From contig DASTLR010000007.1 in the NCBI GenBank assembly GCA_035714745.1, forward strand, positions 6,205-70,204: 64,000 bases of DNA, read 5' to 3'. The notes beneath the pieces were generated by a model. The model worked only from the letters and a program-made list of their open reading frames with translations. It made no database searches and was not told the DNA's origin. Position 1 is the first letter of the stretch. Each line of letters starts with the position of its first letter. Positions 46,031 through 55,441 of this stretch are shown here, piece by piece. The stretch is from Minisyncoccota bacterium (GTDB lineage: Bacteria > Patescibacteriota > Minisyncoccia > Phycocordibacterales > UBA6065). The position numbers were made by a program, and so were the translations under genes.

Positions 46031-47692
46031 CTATCGAGAGATGAATTGGACGTTACGCACCGCGCCCGTCGCGCCCGCGCTAGTCGCTCGGGTCCCGCCC
46101 AGGCTGTTCAAGATGCTCGGCGCGGCCGCTGCCTTTGCCGCCGCGACCGAAACGGTGCGGGCGATGACCTGGTCGCCCTCCGAGAGGCCGGAAACGACCT
46201 CGACCGACGTGTCGTTAGAATCGCCGACCTCGACTGGCACGTTGACCGGCGAGCCATCGGCACCCAGCTTCTGCACGTAGCGAGAACCGGAAGCGGTCTT
46301 GATCGCGCTCGCCGGGACCAAGAGGACGTCCTGCTTGGCCTGGGCGATGATGCCTGCGTTGACGGTCATGCCGGGCTTGACCCGCGGATCGACGTCGTCA
46401 AAGGCGATCTCGACCGAATAGCTCACCACTCCCTGCGAGACCGTGCCCACGATATCGACGTCGGATACGTGGCCGGCCAGAGTCAAGCCGTCGATGGCGT
46501 CAAAGGTCAAAGTGGCCTTGTCGCCTTTCTTGACTTTGGCCGCGTCGACCTCGTTCAGCGATATGTTCACGACCTGGCGGTCGGTCACGACCGTGGCGAT
46601 GGCCGTGCCGTTGCCCGCCTTGTCCCCGACCTTCGCCGATACTTTTGCCACGATGCCGTCGAAAGGAGCCCTGATGCGGTGGTCGGCAAGGGCCTTTTGG
46701 GCGTCCGAAAGCGCGGCTGCGGCCTGGTTCACCGCCAGCTCGGCCGACTTCATGCCCAGGTCGGCTGTGGTGCCGCTCGTCTTTGCGTCGTCGATGGCTG
46801 ACAGGGCGTTCGTCACGCTGGCCGCGTCGGCGTTCACCTTGCTCACATACGAGGTGACCGAGGCCTTGTCCGCGGCGAGCTCTCGAGGCGCCGAGCCCAG
46901 CCTGTTCTGGATGAAATCCAGGGTGCTGTACGTGCCCGAGAGGGCCGAGAGAAGCTTTTTGAGGATGACGTTGGTCTCGTTCAGGAGCGAGACGGTCTCT
47001 TCAGCCGACGATTCGCCAGAGATGTTCTTGTAGCGCGTGAAGTTAGCGTCGTATTCGGCCTTGGCCGCGTCAAAGGCCGCTCCGGCCTGGAGCTTGTACT
47101 CGGCGGCCGAGCTGCCGGCCTGGGCGGCGATGCTCAGATCCGAGAAGTACGGCGAATGCGAGGCAGAATAATAGATGTCGCTCATGCCCGAGAATATCGT
47201 CGGCAAGTCGATCGACGTAGCAACGATGGCGTTATAGCCATTCTGGTAAGCCTTGGCGATATCAGAGGCCTGCGAAGCGGGGGCCTGGTCGGCGGCCTGC
47301 TTTTTCGCCTTTTCATAAGAGACTTTCGCGTTCTCGAGAGCCAGCTCGGCGTTGCTCACGGCGCGCGCGGCGTCCGCGCTGTCGATCGCGGCCAGGGTCT
47401 GGCCCTCGACGACTCGGTCGCCGTTCGCCGCCGGCACCGAGATGACCGTGCCCGATACGGCGCTCGTGACCGACACCTGATTCTCGGCGGCTACCTGGCC
47501 AGACCCGGATATGGAAGTGATGAGCGTGCCCCGCGCGGCCTGGGCAAGGACGTACTTCGGCGCGGCTGACCCCGATTGCGCATGGCTCCAGACCGCATAG
47601 CCCGAGCCGGCGACGGCGACGAGGGCCACGGCAGAGAGGGCTTTATGGGCGAACAGGTACGAGCGGATAGCGTGGATTCGTTTCATGGTCAT
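46031..47692 (-). CDS. HlyD/MacA-family periplasmic adaptor (efflux membrane fusion protein)
   Basis: N-terminal anchor, a long coiled-coil/Ala-rich region, and beta-barrel/lipoyl-like segments. It lies upstream of the ABC ATPase/permease on the same strand. Confidence 0.7.
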   Translation of the reverse strand: MTMKRIHAIRSYLFAHKALSAVALVAVAGSGYAVWSHAQSGSAAPKYVLAQAARGTLITSISGSGQVAAENQVSVTSAVSGTVISVPAANGDRVVEGQTLAAIDSADAARAVSNAELALENAKVSYEKAKKQAADQAPASQASDIAKAYQNGYNAIVATSIDLPTIFSGMSDIYYSASHSPYFSDLSIAAQAGSSAAEYKLQAGAAFDAAKAEYDANFTRYKNISGESSAEETVSLLNETNVILKKLLSALSGTYSTLDFIQNRLGSAPRELAADKASVTSYVSKVNADAASVTNALSAIDDAKTSGTTADLGMKSAELAVNQAAAALSDAQKALADHRIRAPFDGIVAKVSAKVGDKAGNGTAIATVVTDRQVVNISLNEVDAAKVKKGDKATLTFDAIDGLTLAGHVSDVDIVGTVSQGVVSYSVEIAFDDVDPRVKPGMTVNAGIIAQAKQDVLLVPASAIKTASGSRYVQKLGADGSPVNVPVEVGDSNDTSVEVVSGLSEGDQVIARTVSVAAAKAAAAPSILNSLGGTRATSAGATGAVRNVQFISR

Positions 47693-48117
47693 TGAGCCGA
47701 TACGGGCATAAGGCGGATAAAGCGGGCCTGGATCGAGCCGCCGGCGTCCGGGTCTCCCAGGACGAAGGCATCGTCATCGACGCGTATGGCCGTCTGGCCG
47801 ACCGCTTCCCGAAAGCGCACCACCGATGTGCTCGAAGCGACGACGATGGTCTTCTCCGCGCCGTCAGGGCCTACGACAACGAACGAAGGCAGCGAGACCG
47901 AGACCACCCTGCCGGTCGCGCCATGGATCTGTCCGCGGCCCGGGCCGAACTGCCCTCGCGGCCCTTCGATCAGGCGCGCGTAGCGCTCGCCCCCGCGGTA
48001 GGAGAACAGGGCCTTGTGATAGCCGACGAATATGCCGGCCTGAAAGACGACGAGCCCGGCGATGACCGCTATGACCGTCAATATAAGGGCGCGCGTGCGC
48101 GCGGATAGCTTATGCAT
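47689..48117 (-). CDS. hypothetical membrane-anchored protein
   Basis: Internal Met (MHKLSARTRALILTVIAVIAGLVVF) of a longer ORF. The upstream part is Arg/Ser/Pro-rich, atypical for coding sequence. Confidence 0.35.
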   Translation of the reverse strand: MHKLSARTRALILTVIAVIAGLVVFQAGIFVGYHKALFSYRGGERYARLIEGPRGQFGPGRGQIHGATGRVVSVSLPSFVVVGPDGAEKTIVVASSTSVVRFREAVGQTAIRVDDDAFVLGDPDAGGSIQARFIRLMPVSAQ

Positions 48118-48511
48118 ATGAATATGTCTTGCGCCGCTTGATAATGCCGGCCGCCGATATGGCAGACCAGCCCAGGACGAGCGCCGCCGAAAGGGCCAGG
48201 GCGATGCCCAGCGCCGGCAGCGATTCCAGGATGGACAGGCCAAGCTCTTTCGAATACGACAGGGCTGCCGCCGTGTCCGAGAACATGAACGAGAGAAAGT
48301 CTCCCAGGCCCGAAGACGCAGAGGCATCCCAGATATAGGCGACCGCTGCGGCCAGGCCCCCGGCCGACGCGACAGCCAGGGCAGACGCCGCGGCCAGGCG
48401 CCGCGCGAGCCTTGCCCGAACGGCGGCGGCCACCCGGGCGATGACCCTGGATTCGAATCCGGAGTCCGGCTCGACCGGCTGGAGACGCTTGAACGGCGAA
48501 TGGGTATCCAT
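48110..48511 (-). CDS. putative anti-sigma factor (membrane)
   Basis: It lies immediately downstream of an ECF sigma gene. It has an N-terminal cytoplasmic segment and TM helices. Confidence 0.4.
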   Translation of the reverse strand: MDTHSPFKRLQPVEPDSGFESRVIARVAAAVRARLARRLAAASALAVASAGGLAAAVAYIWDASASSGLGDFLSFMFSDTAAALSYSKELGLSILESLPALGIALALSAALVLGWSAISAAGIIKRRKTYSYA

Positions 48512-48559
48512 GCAAACGGTATACGGATCAGATCGCCCGCCTGGTGCACCTGCCAGCCT

Positions 48560-49111
48560 CTAGCCCCTAAACCCGCGGTGGGCCAATATCTTGCGCAAAG
48601 CCAGGATCGCCCGTCGATAATGGCTCTTTTCGGTGTTGAGCGGCCGTCCGGTCAGCGACGAGATCTGCTCGAACGTGCGCCCTTCGACGTCGTGGAGATA
48701 GACCGCGTTGCGCTGGTCGAACGACAGCTCCCGCAGGGCCTCCTCGAGGACGCCCTCGGCTATGCGGGCGTCAAAGGACGCGGCCGCGCCGTCATCCTCG
48801 GCCGCCAGGCTTTCGTCGTCTTCATAGACGTCCGAGAGGGCCGCGTCGCGCCTCTTGCGCAAGAGGTCGTAGGTCGCGTTGCGGACGATGGCAAAGAGCC
48901 AGGGCCGGAACTCCCGGGAGAGGTCGTACGCGCCCAGGCTCTTCCACGCCTTGACGAAGGCTTCTTGGACCGCATCCTCGGCGACGTCCCGGTCTCCCGA
49001 CAGCCGATAGGCAAAGGCATAGGCTCGGCGGGCATGCCTGCGGACGAGCTCGCCAAAGGCGGCCTGGCGCCCCGCGAGCGCTTCCCTGACGATGTCCGCG
49101 TCGCTTTGCAT
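48560..49111 (-). CDS. ECF-type RNA polymerase sigma-70 factor
   Basis: Region 2 (FGELVRRHARRAYAFAYRLSGDRDVAEDAVQEAFVKAW) and region 4 HTH. Confidence 0.88.
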   Translation of the reverse strand: MQSDADIVREALAGRQAAFGELVRRHARRAYAFAYRLSGDRDVAEDAVQEAFVKAWKSLGAYDLSREFRPWLFAIVRNATYDLLRKRRDAALSDVYEDDESLAAEDDGAAASFDARIAEGVLEEALRELSFDQRNAVYLHDVEGRTFEQISSLTGRPLNTEKSHYRRAILALRKILAHRGFRG

Positions 49112-49206
49112 GGGTTGATTGTACTGTCAGCGGGACATATGCGCAAAAAAGCCTCTCTTTCGAGAGACTCTTTTTGCGCGCGGGAGCTCGACAGAGGCCT
49201 GCTGGC

Positions 49207-49947
49207 CTAGTATGCCCGCGTCTCGGCCGAGGAAGTGGCAGACGCCGACTGGTATCTGCTCTTCAATATCGACTGGAGGGCGTTGACGAGGCGTGCCTTG
49301 GCCGACGACGAGAGTGTCGTGGTGGCTTCGGCCTTGGCCAGGGTGCCCGCGGTGCTGTTCAGATCGCTCTCAAAGGCGGCCTGGGTCTCGTCTTTGACGA
49401 AGAGGCTGTACCACCATGGATATGCGACATCGACATTGCCGCCGGCATCGACCGTGGCGCGCACGGTGACGGTGACCGGCACGATGCCCAGGAACTTCGC
49501 CGGCTCATGGTACCAGACGGATACCTGCGAGTCGTCGGCCTCGATCTTGGCGACGTTATCGTCGCTCATCATCAAGGCGCGAGAATAGTCGCGGAGGTCG
49601 TCTGACGTCGAGACGTTCGTCGCCGAGACATAGGCGGTAGTCGATGCCTGGAGGTCTCCGCGTGAGATGGTGAAAGCGTGCAGGTCCGCCGCAGCGCCGC
49701 CATTCGTGCCGCCGTTCAGGGTGTTATACGAGCCGTTCATGGTCGTAGAGGCGTAAGCCGAGTCGCTCCCCGCCGAGCTGGAAGCCTTGTTCGCCGAAGC
49801 CGGATTCCCGACAGCGGCAGAGGCGTCCACCCCCACGCTCGACGCGGCGCCGTAGACGTCGGCCGAGACCCCTATCTGGGCAAAGGCCGGAGCGGCCGCA
49901 AAGATCGACAGCGCAGCCGCCACGAAGGTCAATCGCTGTATAATCAT
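49207..49947 (-). CDS. secreted Ala/Ser-rich hypothetical protein
   Basis: Signal peptide (AFAQ) and low-complexity N-terminal half. A beta-rich C-terminal domain follows. Confidence 0.4.
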   Translation of the reverse strand: MIIQRLTFVAAALSIFAAAPAFAQIGVSADVYGAASSVGVDASAAVGNPASANKASSSAGSDSAYASTTMNGSYNTLNGGTNGGAAADLHAFTISRGDLQASTTAYVSATNVSTSDDLRDYSRALMMSDDNVAKIEADDSQVSVWYHEPAKFLGIVPVTVTVRATVDAGGNVDVAYPWWYSLFVKDETQAAFESDLNSTAGTLAKAEATTTLSSSAKARLVNALQSILKSRYQSASATSSAETRAY

Positions 49948-50030
49948 AGAGTAGTATCGTTAATGATAAGGGACGCCGCCTTCTAATAGCGCATCCTTCT
50001 CAATAGTACGAATATCCTGCCCAAAAAGGT

Positions 50031-50948
50031 CTACAGCCTGAGGTATTTGCGCACCGCCAGATAGCTGGACAAAGCCCCGAGCAGGGCCCCCGCAGCCAAT
50101 ATGCCGCCTCCGATGGCGGCGAAATATCCCGTATAGTATCGAAAGACGCTGAAACCGCTGAAGAACGTGCCCGTGACCCGCGAGACCCAGAACGTAGCGG
50201 GATAGAAGAGGGCCAGGGTGATGATCGCCGAGACCAGACCGTACATGACGCCCGAGATGATGAACGGCCCTCTGACGAAACGGTTAGACGCGCCCACCAG
50301 CCTCATGACCGAGATCTCCTCGCGGGCGATGTAGATGGCCAGGCGGATGGTATTGAAGACGATGAGGATAGAGATGAAGACCAGCACGAGGCCCAGGAAG
50401 ATGCCGATGCGCGTGCCGCCGGCGATCATCTTCGTCAGGGTGTCGATGGCGGTCTTGTTCTGATAGTAATTGATCTTGTCGACGAAGGTCCCTGGCGTCC
50501 CCGATTCAGAATCGAGGAATTTGGCGATGCCTTCGTACTGCGAGGTCTGCTTTGCCTTGATGTTCAGGATGGCGCCCAATGGATTCTCGCCCAGTTCCGC
50601 CAAAGCCTGCAGGGTCACCTGGTCGTTGGCGTGCTTGGATTTAAAACCCTCCAGGGCCGCCTCGCGAGAGACGTACTCGACGTTGGCAACCTCGGGAAGG
50701 GCCTCGAGCTTCTTTTTGAGGCCCAAGATGTCCGCCTCCGCGGCCTGAGGGACGAAATAGACGTTCACGTCGACTTTCTTCTTTATCTCGTTCAGCGAGG
50801 AGTTCAGGAGAGCGCCCGCAAAGACCATGCCGCCGAGCGAGAACAAGGTCACCGTGATGATGAGCACGGACGAGAGCGAGACGAAGCCGTTCCTCCAGAA
50901 CGAGACGAAGCCCGATTTTATGATGCGCTTGGTGGTGGTCCAGAACAT
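50031..50948 (-). CDS. ftsX: cell division permease-like protein FtsX
   Basis: [28 protein letters not shown]-terminal signature, an extracellular domain and a C-terminal 3-TM bundle. It lies downstream of ftsE. Confidence 0.82.
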   Translation of the reverse strand: MFWTTTKRIIKSGFVSFWRNGFVSLSSVLIITVTLFSLGGMVFAGALLNSSLNEIKKKVDVNVYFVPQAAEADILGLKKKLEALPEVANVEYVSREAALEGFKSKHANDQVTLQALAELGENPLGAILNIKAKQTSQYEGIAKFLDSESGTPGTFVDKINYYQNKTAIDTLTKMIAGGTRIGIFLGLVLVFISILIVFNTIRLAIYIAREEISVMRLVGASNRFVRGPFIISGVMYGLVSAIITLALFYPATFWVSRVTGTFFSGFSVFRYYTGYFAAIGGGILAAGALLGALSSYLAVRKYLRL

Positions 50949-50970
50949 GCCGTATGTGGATATGGTTAGA

Positions 50971-51651
50971 TTATATCGCGTACCTGCCCTCCTTGTCGTC
51001 CCTGACGACCCTGCCCTTCTCCATGGTAACGACGCGCCCGCCGATGTTCTCAACGACGCCCTTGTTATGCGTGGTCAGGACGACCGTGGTGCCCAGGCCG
51101 TTGACCTTCTTTAATATCTGGACGATCTCGAAGGTGTTGACCGGGTCCAGGTTGCCCGTCGGCTCGTCGGCGATGATCAGGTCCGGCTGGTTGACGATGG
51201 CGCGGGCGATGGCTACGCGCTGCTTCTCGCCGCCCGAGAGCTCGTGCGGGAAGCTCCAGATCTTCTTGCCCAGGTCGACCAGTTCCAGGACATGCGGCAC
51301 GTCGGAGGCGATCTCCTCGTCCGTCCTGCCAGCCGCCTCCATGGCAAAGGCGATGTTCTCGTAGACGGTCTTGCCGGGTATCAGGCGGAAATCCTGGAAT
51401 ACCGTGCCGATGCGGCGGCGGTACTGCGGCATGGCCTTGCGCTTCTGCTTGTGGACGTCCACGGACTCGAAATAAACGGTGCCGCGGGTCGGCCGCTCCT
51501 CGGCCAGGATCATCTTTATGAGGGTGGTCTTGCCCGCGCCCGAGTGGCCAACGATTGAGACGAATTCCTTTGGCTGGATATGGAGCGAGACCTCGTCCAG
51601 GGCGATCGAGTCGTCGGCGTATACCTTCGTCACTTTGTCGAATTTGATCAT
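50971..51651 (-). CDS. ftsE: cell division ATP-binding protein FtsE
   Basis: [11 protein letters not shown]...[10 protein letters not shown]...[19 protein letters not shown]...[10 protein letters not shown] aligns along its whole length to the FtsE pattern. Confidence 0.9.
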   Translation of the reverse strand: MIKFDKVTKVYADDSIALDEVSLHIQPKEFVSIVGHSGAGKTTLIKMILAEERPTRGTVYFESVDVHKQKRKAMPQYRRRIGTVFQDFRLIPGKTVYENIAFAMEAAGRTDEEIASDVPHVLELVDLGKKIWSFPHELSGGEKQRVAIARAIVNQPDLIIADEPTGNLDPVNTFEIVQILKKVNGLGTTVVLTTHNKGVVENIGGRVVTMEKGRVVRDDKEGRYAI

Positions 51652-51660
51652 GCTTGCCTA

Positions 51661-52542
51661 TTATAAACCTTTTTCTGCTTCCAAGAACATATCGAGATCT
51701 CCTTCTAGGACGGCGTCGATGTTCGAGGTCTCGGCGCCGGTGCGGTGATCCTTGACCATCTTGTAGGGATGCTGGACGTACGAGCGGATCTGGTTGCCCC
51801 ACTCGATGTCGGCGGTCCGGGATATCTGCATGCCCTTTTCCTTGGCCAGGCGCTCCTCCTCGCGGAGCTTGTAGATCTTTGCCTGGAGCATGGCCATGGC
51901 GCGCTCGCGGTTCTGGGCCTGGGAGCGTTCGGACGAGACGTGCACGGACATTTTTGTCGGCAGGTGGATCAGGCGCACGGCGGTCTCGCGCTTATTGACG
52001 TTCTGGCCGCCGGGACCGGACGATTTGGCGAATTCTATCTTTATCTCGTCGGGATTCAGGGGGATGTTCTCAAGCTTGTCGAATTTCGGGATGACCTCGA
52101 CCAGGGAGAACGACGTCTGGCGGAGCTTTTTGGCGTTAAAGGGCGAGATGCGGACCAGGCGGTGGACGCCGGATTCGTTCTTGAGCTCGCCATAGGCTCC
52201 CTTGCCCATGATCTCGAACGAGATATTACGGTAGCCGCCGTGGTCATTCGGGTTGTCGTGGACCAGATAGGTCTGCCAGCCGCGCTTGGCCGCGAAGCGG
52301 GAGTACATCTCGTAGAGCATGCGCGAGAAATCCTCGGCGTCGTCCCCGCCGGCGCCCGAAAATATGGTTACGACGGCGTTGCCCCGCTCGTAGCGCTCGA
52401 CTTCAGCCATGGCGGCCTTGAGCTCGTTCAATTCCTTGAGGATGCCCTGGGCGCGGTCTTTGTCATCCCAAAAAGAGGCCTCGGCCATGAGCGCCTCGAT
52501 CTCTGCTATCCTTTTGCGGGGGTCTGTGGCGGTGTTTGCCAT
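51661..52542 (-). CDS. prfB: peptide chain release factor 2 (no programmed frameshift; shortened domain 1)
   Basis: SPF tripeptide (RISPFNA) and GGQ (SGPGGQNVNK) are present. The FWDD...RAQ N-terminal motif is present, but domain 1 is about 70 aa shorter than E. coli RF2. Confidence 0.85.
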   Translation of the reverse strand: MANTATDPRKRIAEIEALMAEASFWDDKDRAQGILKELNELKAAMAEVERYERGNAVVTIFSGAGGDDAEDFSRMLYEMYSRFAAKRGWQTYLVHDNPNDHGGYRNISFEIMGKGAYGELKNESGVHRLVRISPFNAKKLRQTSFSLVEVIPKFDKLENIPLNPDEIKIEFAKSSGPGGQNVNKRETAVRLIHLPTKMSVHVSSERSQAQNRERAMAMLQAKIYKLREEERLAKEKGMQISRTADIEWGNQIRSYVQHPYKMVKDHRTGAETSNIDAVLEGDLDMFLEAEKGL

Positions 52543-52793
52543 AGGTCGAGTATATCAAACAAAAGGCCGGGGGCAGCGCTGAAGGGACATCCGTATCCTT
52601 CGCGCGAGCCGCCGGCCAAAAGCTACTGCAGGGTTTCGGGTCAGGACCGAGGTCCTGGGGTGGCGGGTGGAAACACTGGTGCTTTTATAGGTCGCGCCTG
52701 CTTGGGGGTTGAGCAGCAGAACAGGCGGCGACCGCTCTATCATGCTCGATTTCCGAGGGAAGTCAAGGAAACCGGAGGCCTACGCCGCCAATC

Positions 52794-52823
52794 TTGAAAA
52801 ACAGCCAGAATTATACTAGTATT
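52794..52823 (+). promoter_or_regulatory. candidate sigma70-type promoter for tRNA-Thr pair
   Basis: TTGAAA, an 18-nt spacer, then TAGTAT. It lies about 26 nt upstream of the tRNA 5' end. Confidence 0.3.
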
Positions 52824-52849
52824 TGGTCTCGGCTCTTTTACAGCACGCA

Positions 52850-53118
52850 GCCAACGTAGCTCAGTCGGTAGAGCACGTCATTGGTGGGTCGTAACCCCTG
52901 CCCACGCGCGCGGCAACGCTCGCGTGAATCCCGAATAACGGTTAAAGCCCTAGCGTCCTTGGACCGGGTCAAGACCGTGGCGCCACGTCTCCATTGACAG
53001 CGCCCGAACGACTGACAAGGGTCTCCGCTCTGCGGAGAAAGATACAGTCTAGTCCTCCCGCAAGGAGAGGTGTTAACGAATGACGAGGTCTCCGGTTCGA
53101 TCCCGGACGTTGGCTCCA
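52850..53118 (+). tRNA. tRNA-Thr (anticodon GGT) interrupted by a group I intron after anticodon position 36
   Basis: Exon 1 (52850-52885) and exon 2 (53079-53118) join into a perfect 76-nt cloverleaf. Acceptor GCCAACG/CGTTGGC, anticodon stem CGTCA/TGACG with loop TTGGT|AA (identical to the E. coli tRNA-Thr GGU loop), T-arm TCCGG-TTCGATC-CCGGA, and CCA. Confidence 0.75.
52886..53078 (+). ncRNA. group I self-splicing intron (193 nt, Azoarcus tRNA-Ile-like insertion site)
   Basis: Begins after U36 (U-G wobble at the 5' splice site) and ends with G (omega G). Contains the R-like element GAACGACTGACA and the S-like element AAGATACAGTCTAGTCC. The same 36/37 insertion position is used by the Azoarcus CAU intron. 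Confidence 0.7.
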
Positions 53119-53131
53119 GACGGAATAGAAC

Positions 53132-53205
53132 GCCACCTTAGTTCAGTGGTAGAACGGCGGTATCGTAAACCGCAGACCCCAGTCCGATTCTGGGCGGTGG
53201 CTCCA
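53132..53205 (+). tRNA. tRNA-Thr (anticodon CGT)
   Basis: Acceptor GCCACCT/CGGTGGC (one U-C mismatch at 7-66), D-stem GTTC/GAAC, anticodon stem GCGGT/ACCGC with loop ATCGTAA, T-arm CCCAG-TCCGATT-CTGGG, and CCA. Confidence 0.7.
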
Positions 53206-53248
53206 CGAAGTTGCTTCATGAACATTATCAGCTAATGCTCATGACAAT

Positions 53249-53710
53249 ATGCCTAATCCTAAAAAACCTAGGATCCTTTGTCCTATCTGCGGCAAAGAAC
53301 CCTATCGCTCTTTCTACAAATATTGCAGCAATGCGTGTCAGCAAGAATATCAATACCGTCAATATATTGAAAAATGGAAATCAGGAAAAGTGACCGGACT
53401 CCAAAGCATCGGCGTCGTCAACCCGTATATCAAAAAATACCTAAGAAGAAAATTCAATGATACGTGCATGCTGTGCGGCTGGGCGCAAAAAAATCCTATA
53501 ACCAATAAAGTTCCGCTGGTCGCAGACCATATCGATGGCGATTGGCGCAATAACGTCGAGAGCAATCTGCGGCTTATCTGCCCTAATTGCGACTCGCTCA
53601 CGCCGACATACTCAGGCCTAAATCGGGGCAAGGGTCGTCCCCATAGGACGCCGAGCAGAAGAGCTGCTCAGGCGAAGCTCCTGCTTACTCAGAGATCTCC
53701 CCTCTCCTGA
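53249..53710 (+). CDS. HNH endonuclease (free-standing, low-GC)
   Basis: LVADHIDGDWRNNVESNLRLICPNCD is the HNH motif with Zn Cys pairs. N-terminal CPICGK...C zinc ribbon. The gene is about 41% GC against about 62% in its surroundings. Confidence 0.78.
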   Translation: MPNPKKPRILCPICGKEPYRSFYKYCSNACQQEYQYRQYIEKWKSGKVTGLQSIGVVNPYIKKYLRRKFNDTCMLCGWAQKNPITNKVPLVADHIDGDWRNNVESNLRLICPNCDSLTPTYSGLNRGKGRPHRTPSRRAAQAKLLLTQRSPLS

Positions 53711-54389
53711 ACCTATTGACCAATTCGTGCGCCAGGCGCGTGGGCTCGGGCAAGCGATAGCCGCGCAGACAGGTCCGCACGACCTCCAGGGCGTCGTCGA
53801 CGCTCGTCATATGTCCCGGCGAGATGACGAGGGAATTTGCTCGCTGTTTCGACTTCAGGGCATAGCCGATCGCCTCGCCAGTCTTGGGATCGACCACGGG
53901 AGAAGCCTCGCCGACCCTCTGCGGCTCCTCGTACGAGCCATAGAGCCGCGACTTGGCGCAGCCGATGGTCGGGATGCCCGTGACGATGCCCAGGTGCGCG
54001 GCGATGCCCAAACGGCGCGGATGGGCGATGCCCTGCCCATCGACCATGATGAGGTCAGGGCTGTGACCCAGCTTCTCTCTGAGCTTTTCCAGGCAGGCCA
54101 GCAGGCCCGGAATCTCCCTGAACGACAGCAGGCCGGGTATATAGGGAAAGCCTATCCGCATGCGGACGACCGCATGGCCTATCGGCTCGAGCCTCGGATA
54201 CGTCATAGCCGCGACGCCCGCAAAAAGCTCCGTGCCAAAGCGCTCCATGGATACGTCAACGCCGGCGATGACCGTGACCGGCTTGCCCTGGCCGCGCAGA
54301 CCCGGCAAAGGCTGGATGCGGAGCTCCTCCCGCAGGCGGTCCTGCAGGGCTATAGCTTCCCGTGACGTTCTGGCTTGCATATGCTTCAT
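53685..54389 (-). CDS. nfi: endonuclease V (deoxyinosine 3' endonuclease)
   Basis: IAGVDVS...FPYIPGLLSFREIPGLL matches the EndoV catalytic core. Start at the internal Met. Confidence 0.8.
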   Translation of the reverse strand: MKHMQARTSREAIALQDRLREELRIQPLPGLRGQGKPVTVIAGVDVSMERFGTELFAGVAAMTYPRLEPIGHAVVRMRIGFPYIPGLLSFREIPGLLACLEKLREKLGHSPDLIMVDGQGIAHPRRLGIAAHLGIVTGIPTIGCAKSRLYGSYEEPQRVGEASPVVDPKTGEAIGYALKSKQRANSLVISPGHMTSVDDALEVVRTCLRGYRLPEPTRLAHELVNRFRRGEISE

Positions 54390-54478
54390 AATGTACGACA
54401 ATACTACGGTTCCAGTCCCAAAATCGGGTCGGAGAGACCTGAAACATCGCCCGCACCTGGAGCGTATAACTATCACGT

Positions 54479-55024
54479 ATGAGCATTATCCCGCCTGAAG
54501 TCATCGAACGCGCGAAAAAGGGCGACCTTATCGCCTTTGAGGAGATCGTCTCCACCTTCGAAAAGCCCCTGTGGAACTACCTGGTCCGCCTGGTCGGCAG
54601 CAAGGACGACGCAGAGGACCTGATCCAGGACACCTTCGTCAAGGTATACAAGCACCTCAAGAACATCGATTCCACCAGGAACATCAAATCCTGGATATAT
54701 ACGATCGCCACCAATACGGCCTACGACTTCCTCCGCAAGAAGAAGCGCGAGTCCACCACGGCTCTTGACGAAGAATACGAAACAAAGCCTGATAACGCAT
54801 CGTACTACAGTGTATCGGTAGAAGATAGCATTGAAAGGAAGGATGTGACCGCGGCGATAGACCAGCTCGACCTTCTGTACAGAGGGCCGATAATTCTCTA
54901 TTACAAAGATGGCTTCAGCTATGAAGAGATAGCCGAGATGCTCTCGATCCCGATCAATACGCTCAAGACCCGGCTCTCGCGGGCAAAGAAGCAATTGGCG
55001 AATCTGCTGGTGAACTACGAATAG
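54479..55024 (+). CDS. ECF-type RNA polymerase sigma-70 factor
   Basis: Region 2 (LWNYLVRLVGSKDDAEDLIQDTFVKVY) and region 4 (EEIAEMLSIPINTLKTRLSRAKKQL). Confidence 0.85.
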   Translation: MSIIPPEVIERAKKGDLIAFEEIVSTFEKPLWNYLVRLVGSKDDAEDLIQDTFVKVYKHLKNIDSTRNIKSWIYTIATNTAYDFLRKKKRESTTALDEEYETKPDNASYYSVSVEDSIERKDVTAAIDQLDLLYRGPIILYYKDGFSYEEIAEMLSIPINTLKTRLSRAKKQLANLLVNYE

Positions 55025-55039
55025 GTTTAAAAGATCAAC

Positions 55040-55441
55040 ATGAACACCACCCACATGAACGAACAGCTGAAGATGGACGACATACCGATGCCATCACACC
55101 TCCATGCCCGCATCATGAAGCGCGTCTTCCTGGCAGGATACGGCAAGTATCTGGCCTTCTCGAGCTCTATCCTGGCCCTTAACCTGGGCGTCCTGGGCCT
55201 GGACCTCTATCGCGCCTTCAGCAAGGAAGGCGCTGAGCAGGCCCTCCAGAGCCTCAAGGATACCTTCGCCATGACCCCGGCGTACTTCGCCTCGGCGGCG
55301 CAGACGATCTACGGCATCCTGCCCCTCCAGTCGATCATAGCTACCGCCTTTACCGTCGCCCTCTCGACCTACATCGCCGTCATCTTCGTAAAGATCTACA
55401 GGAACCCGGCGGGCATCCGATTGCTCAGAAAAGCCGCCTAA
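55040..55441 (+). CDS. putative anti-sigma factor / membrane protein
   Basis: Immediately downstream of the ECF sigma gene. Two TM helices. Confidence 0.4.
   Translation: MNTTHMNEQLKMDDIPMPSHLHARIMKRVFLAGYGKYLAFSSSILALNLGVLGLDLYRAFSKEGAEQALQSLKDTFAMTPAYFASAAQTIYGILPLQSIIATAFTVALSTYIAVIFVKIYRNPAGIRLLRKAA

Noticed and set aside
52543-52800. Programmed +1 frameshift site for RF2 upstream of prfB
   Set aside because: I translated all frames upstream. The prfB frame has an in-frame TGA six codons before the ATG, and no CUU-UGA-C or SD-like shift cassette in a -1 frame encodes an RF2 N-terminus. I conclude there is no frameshift. About a third of bacteria lack it.
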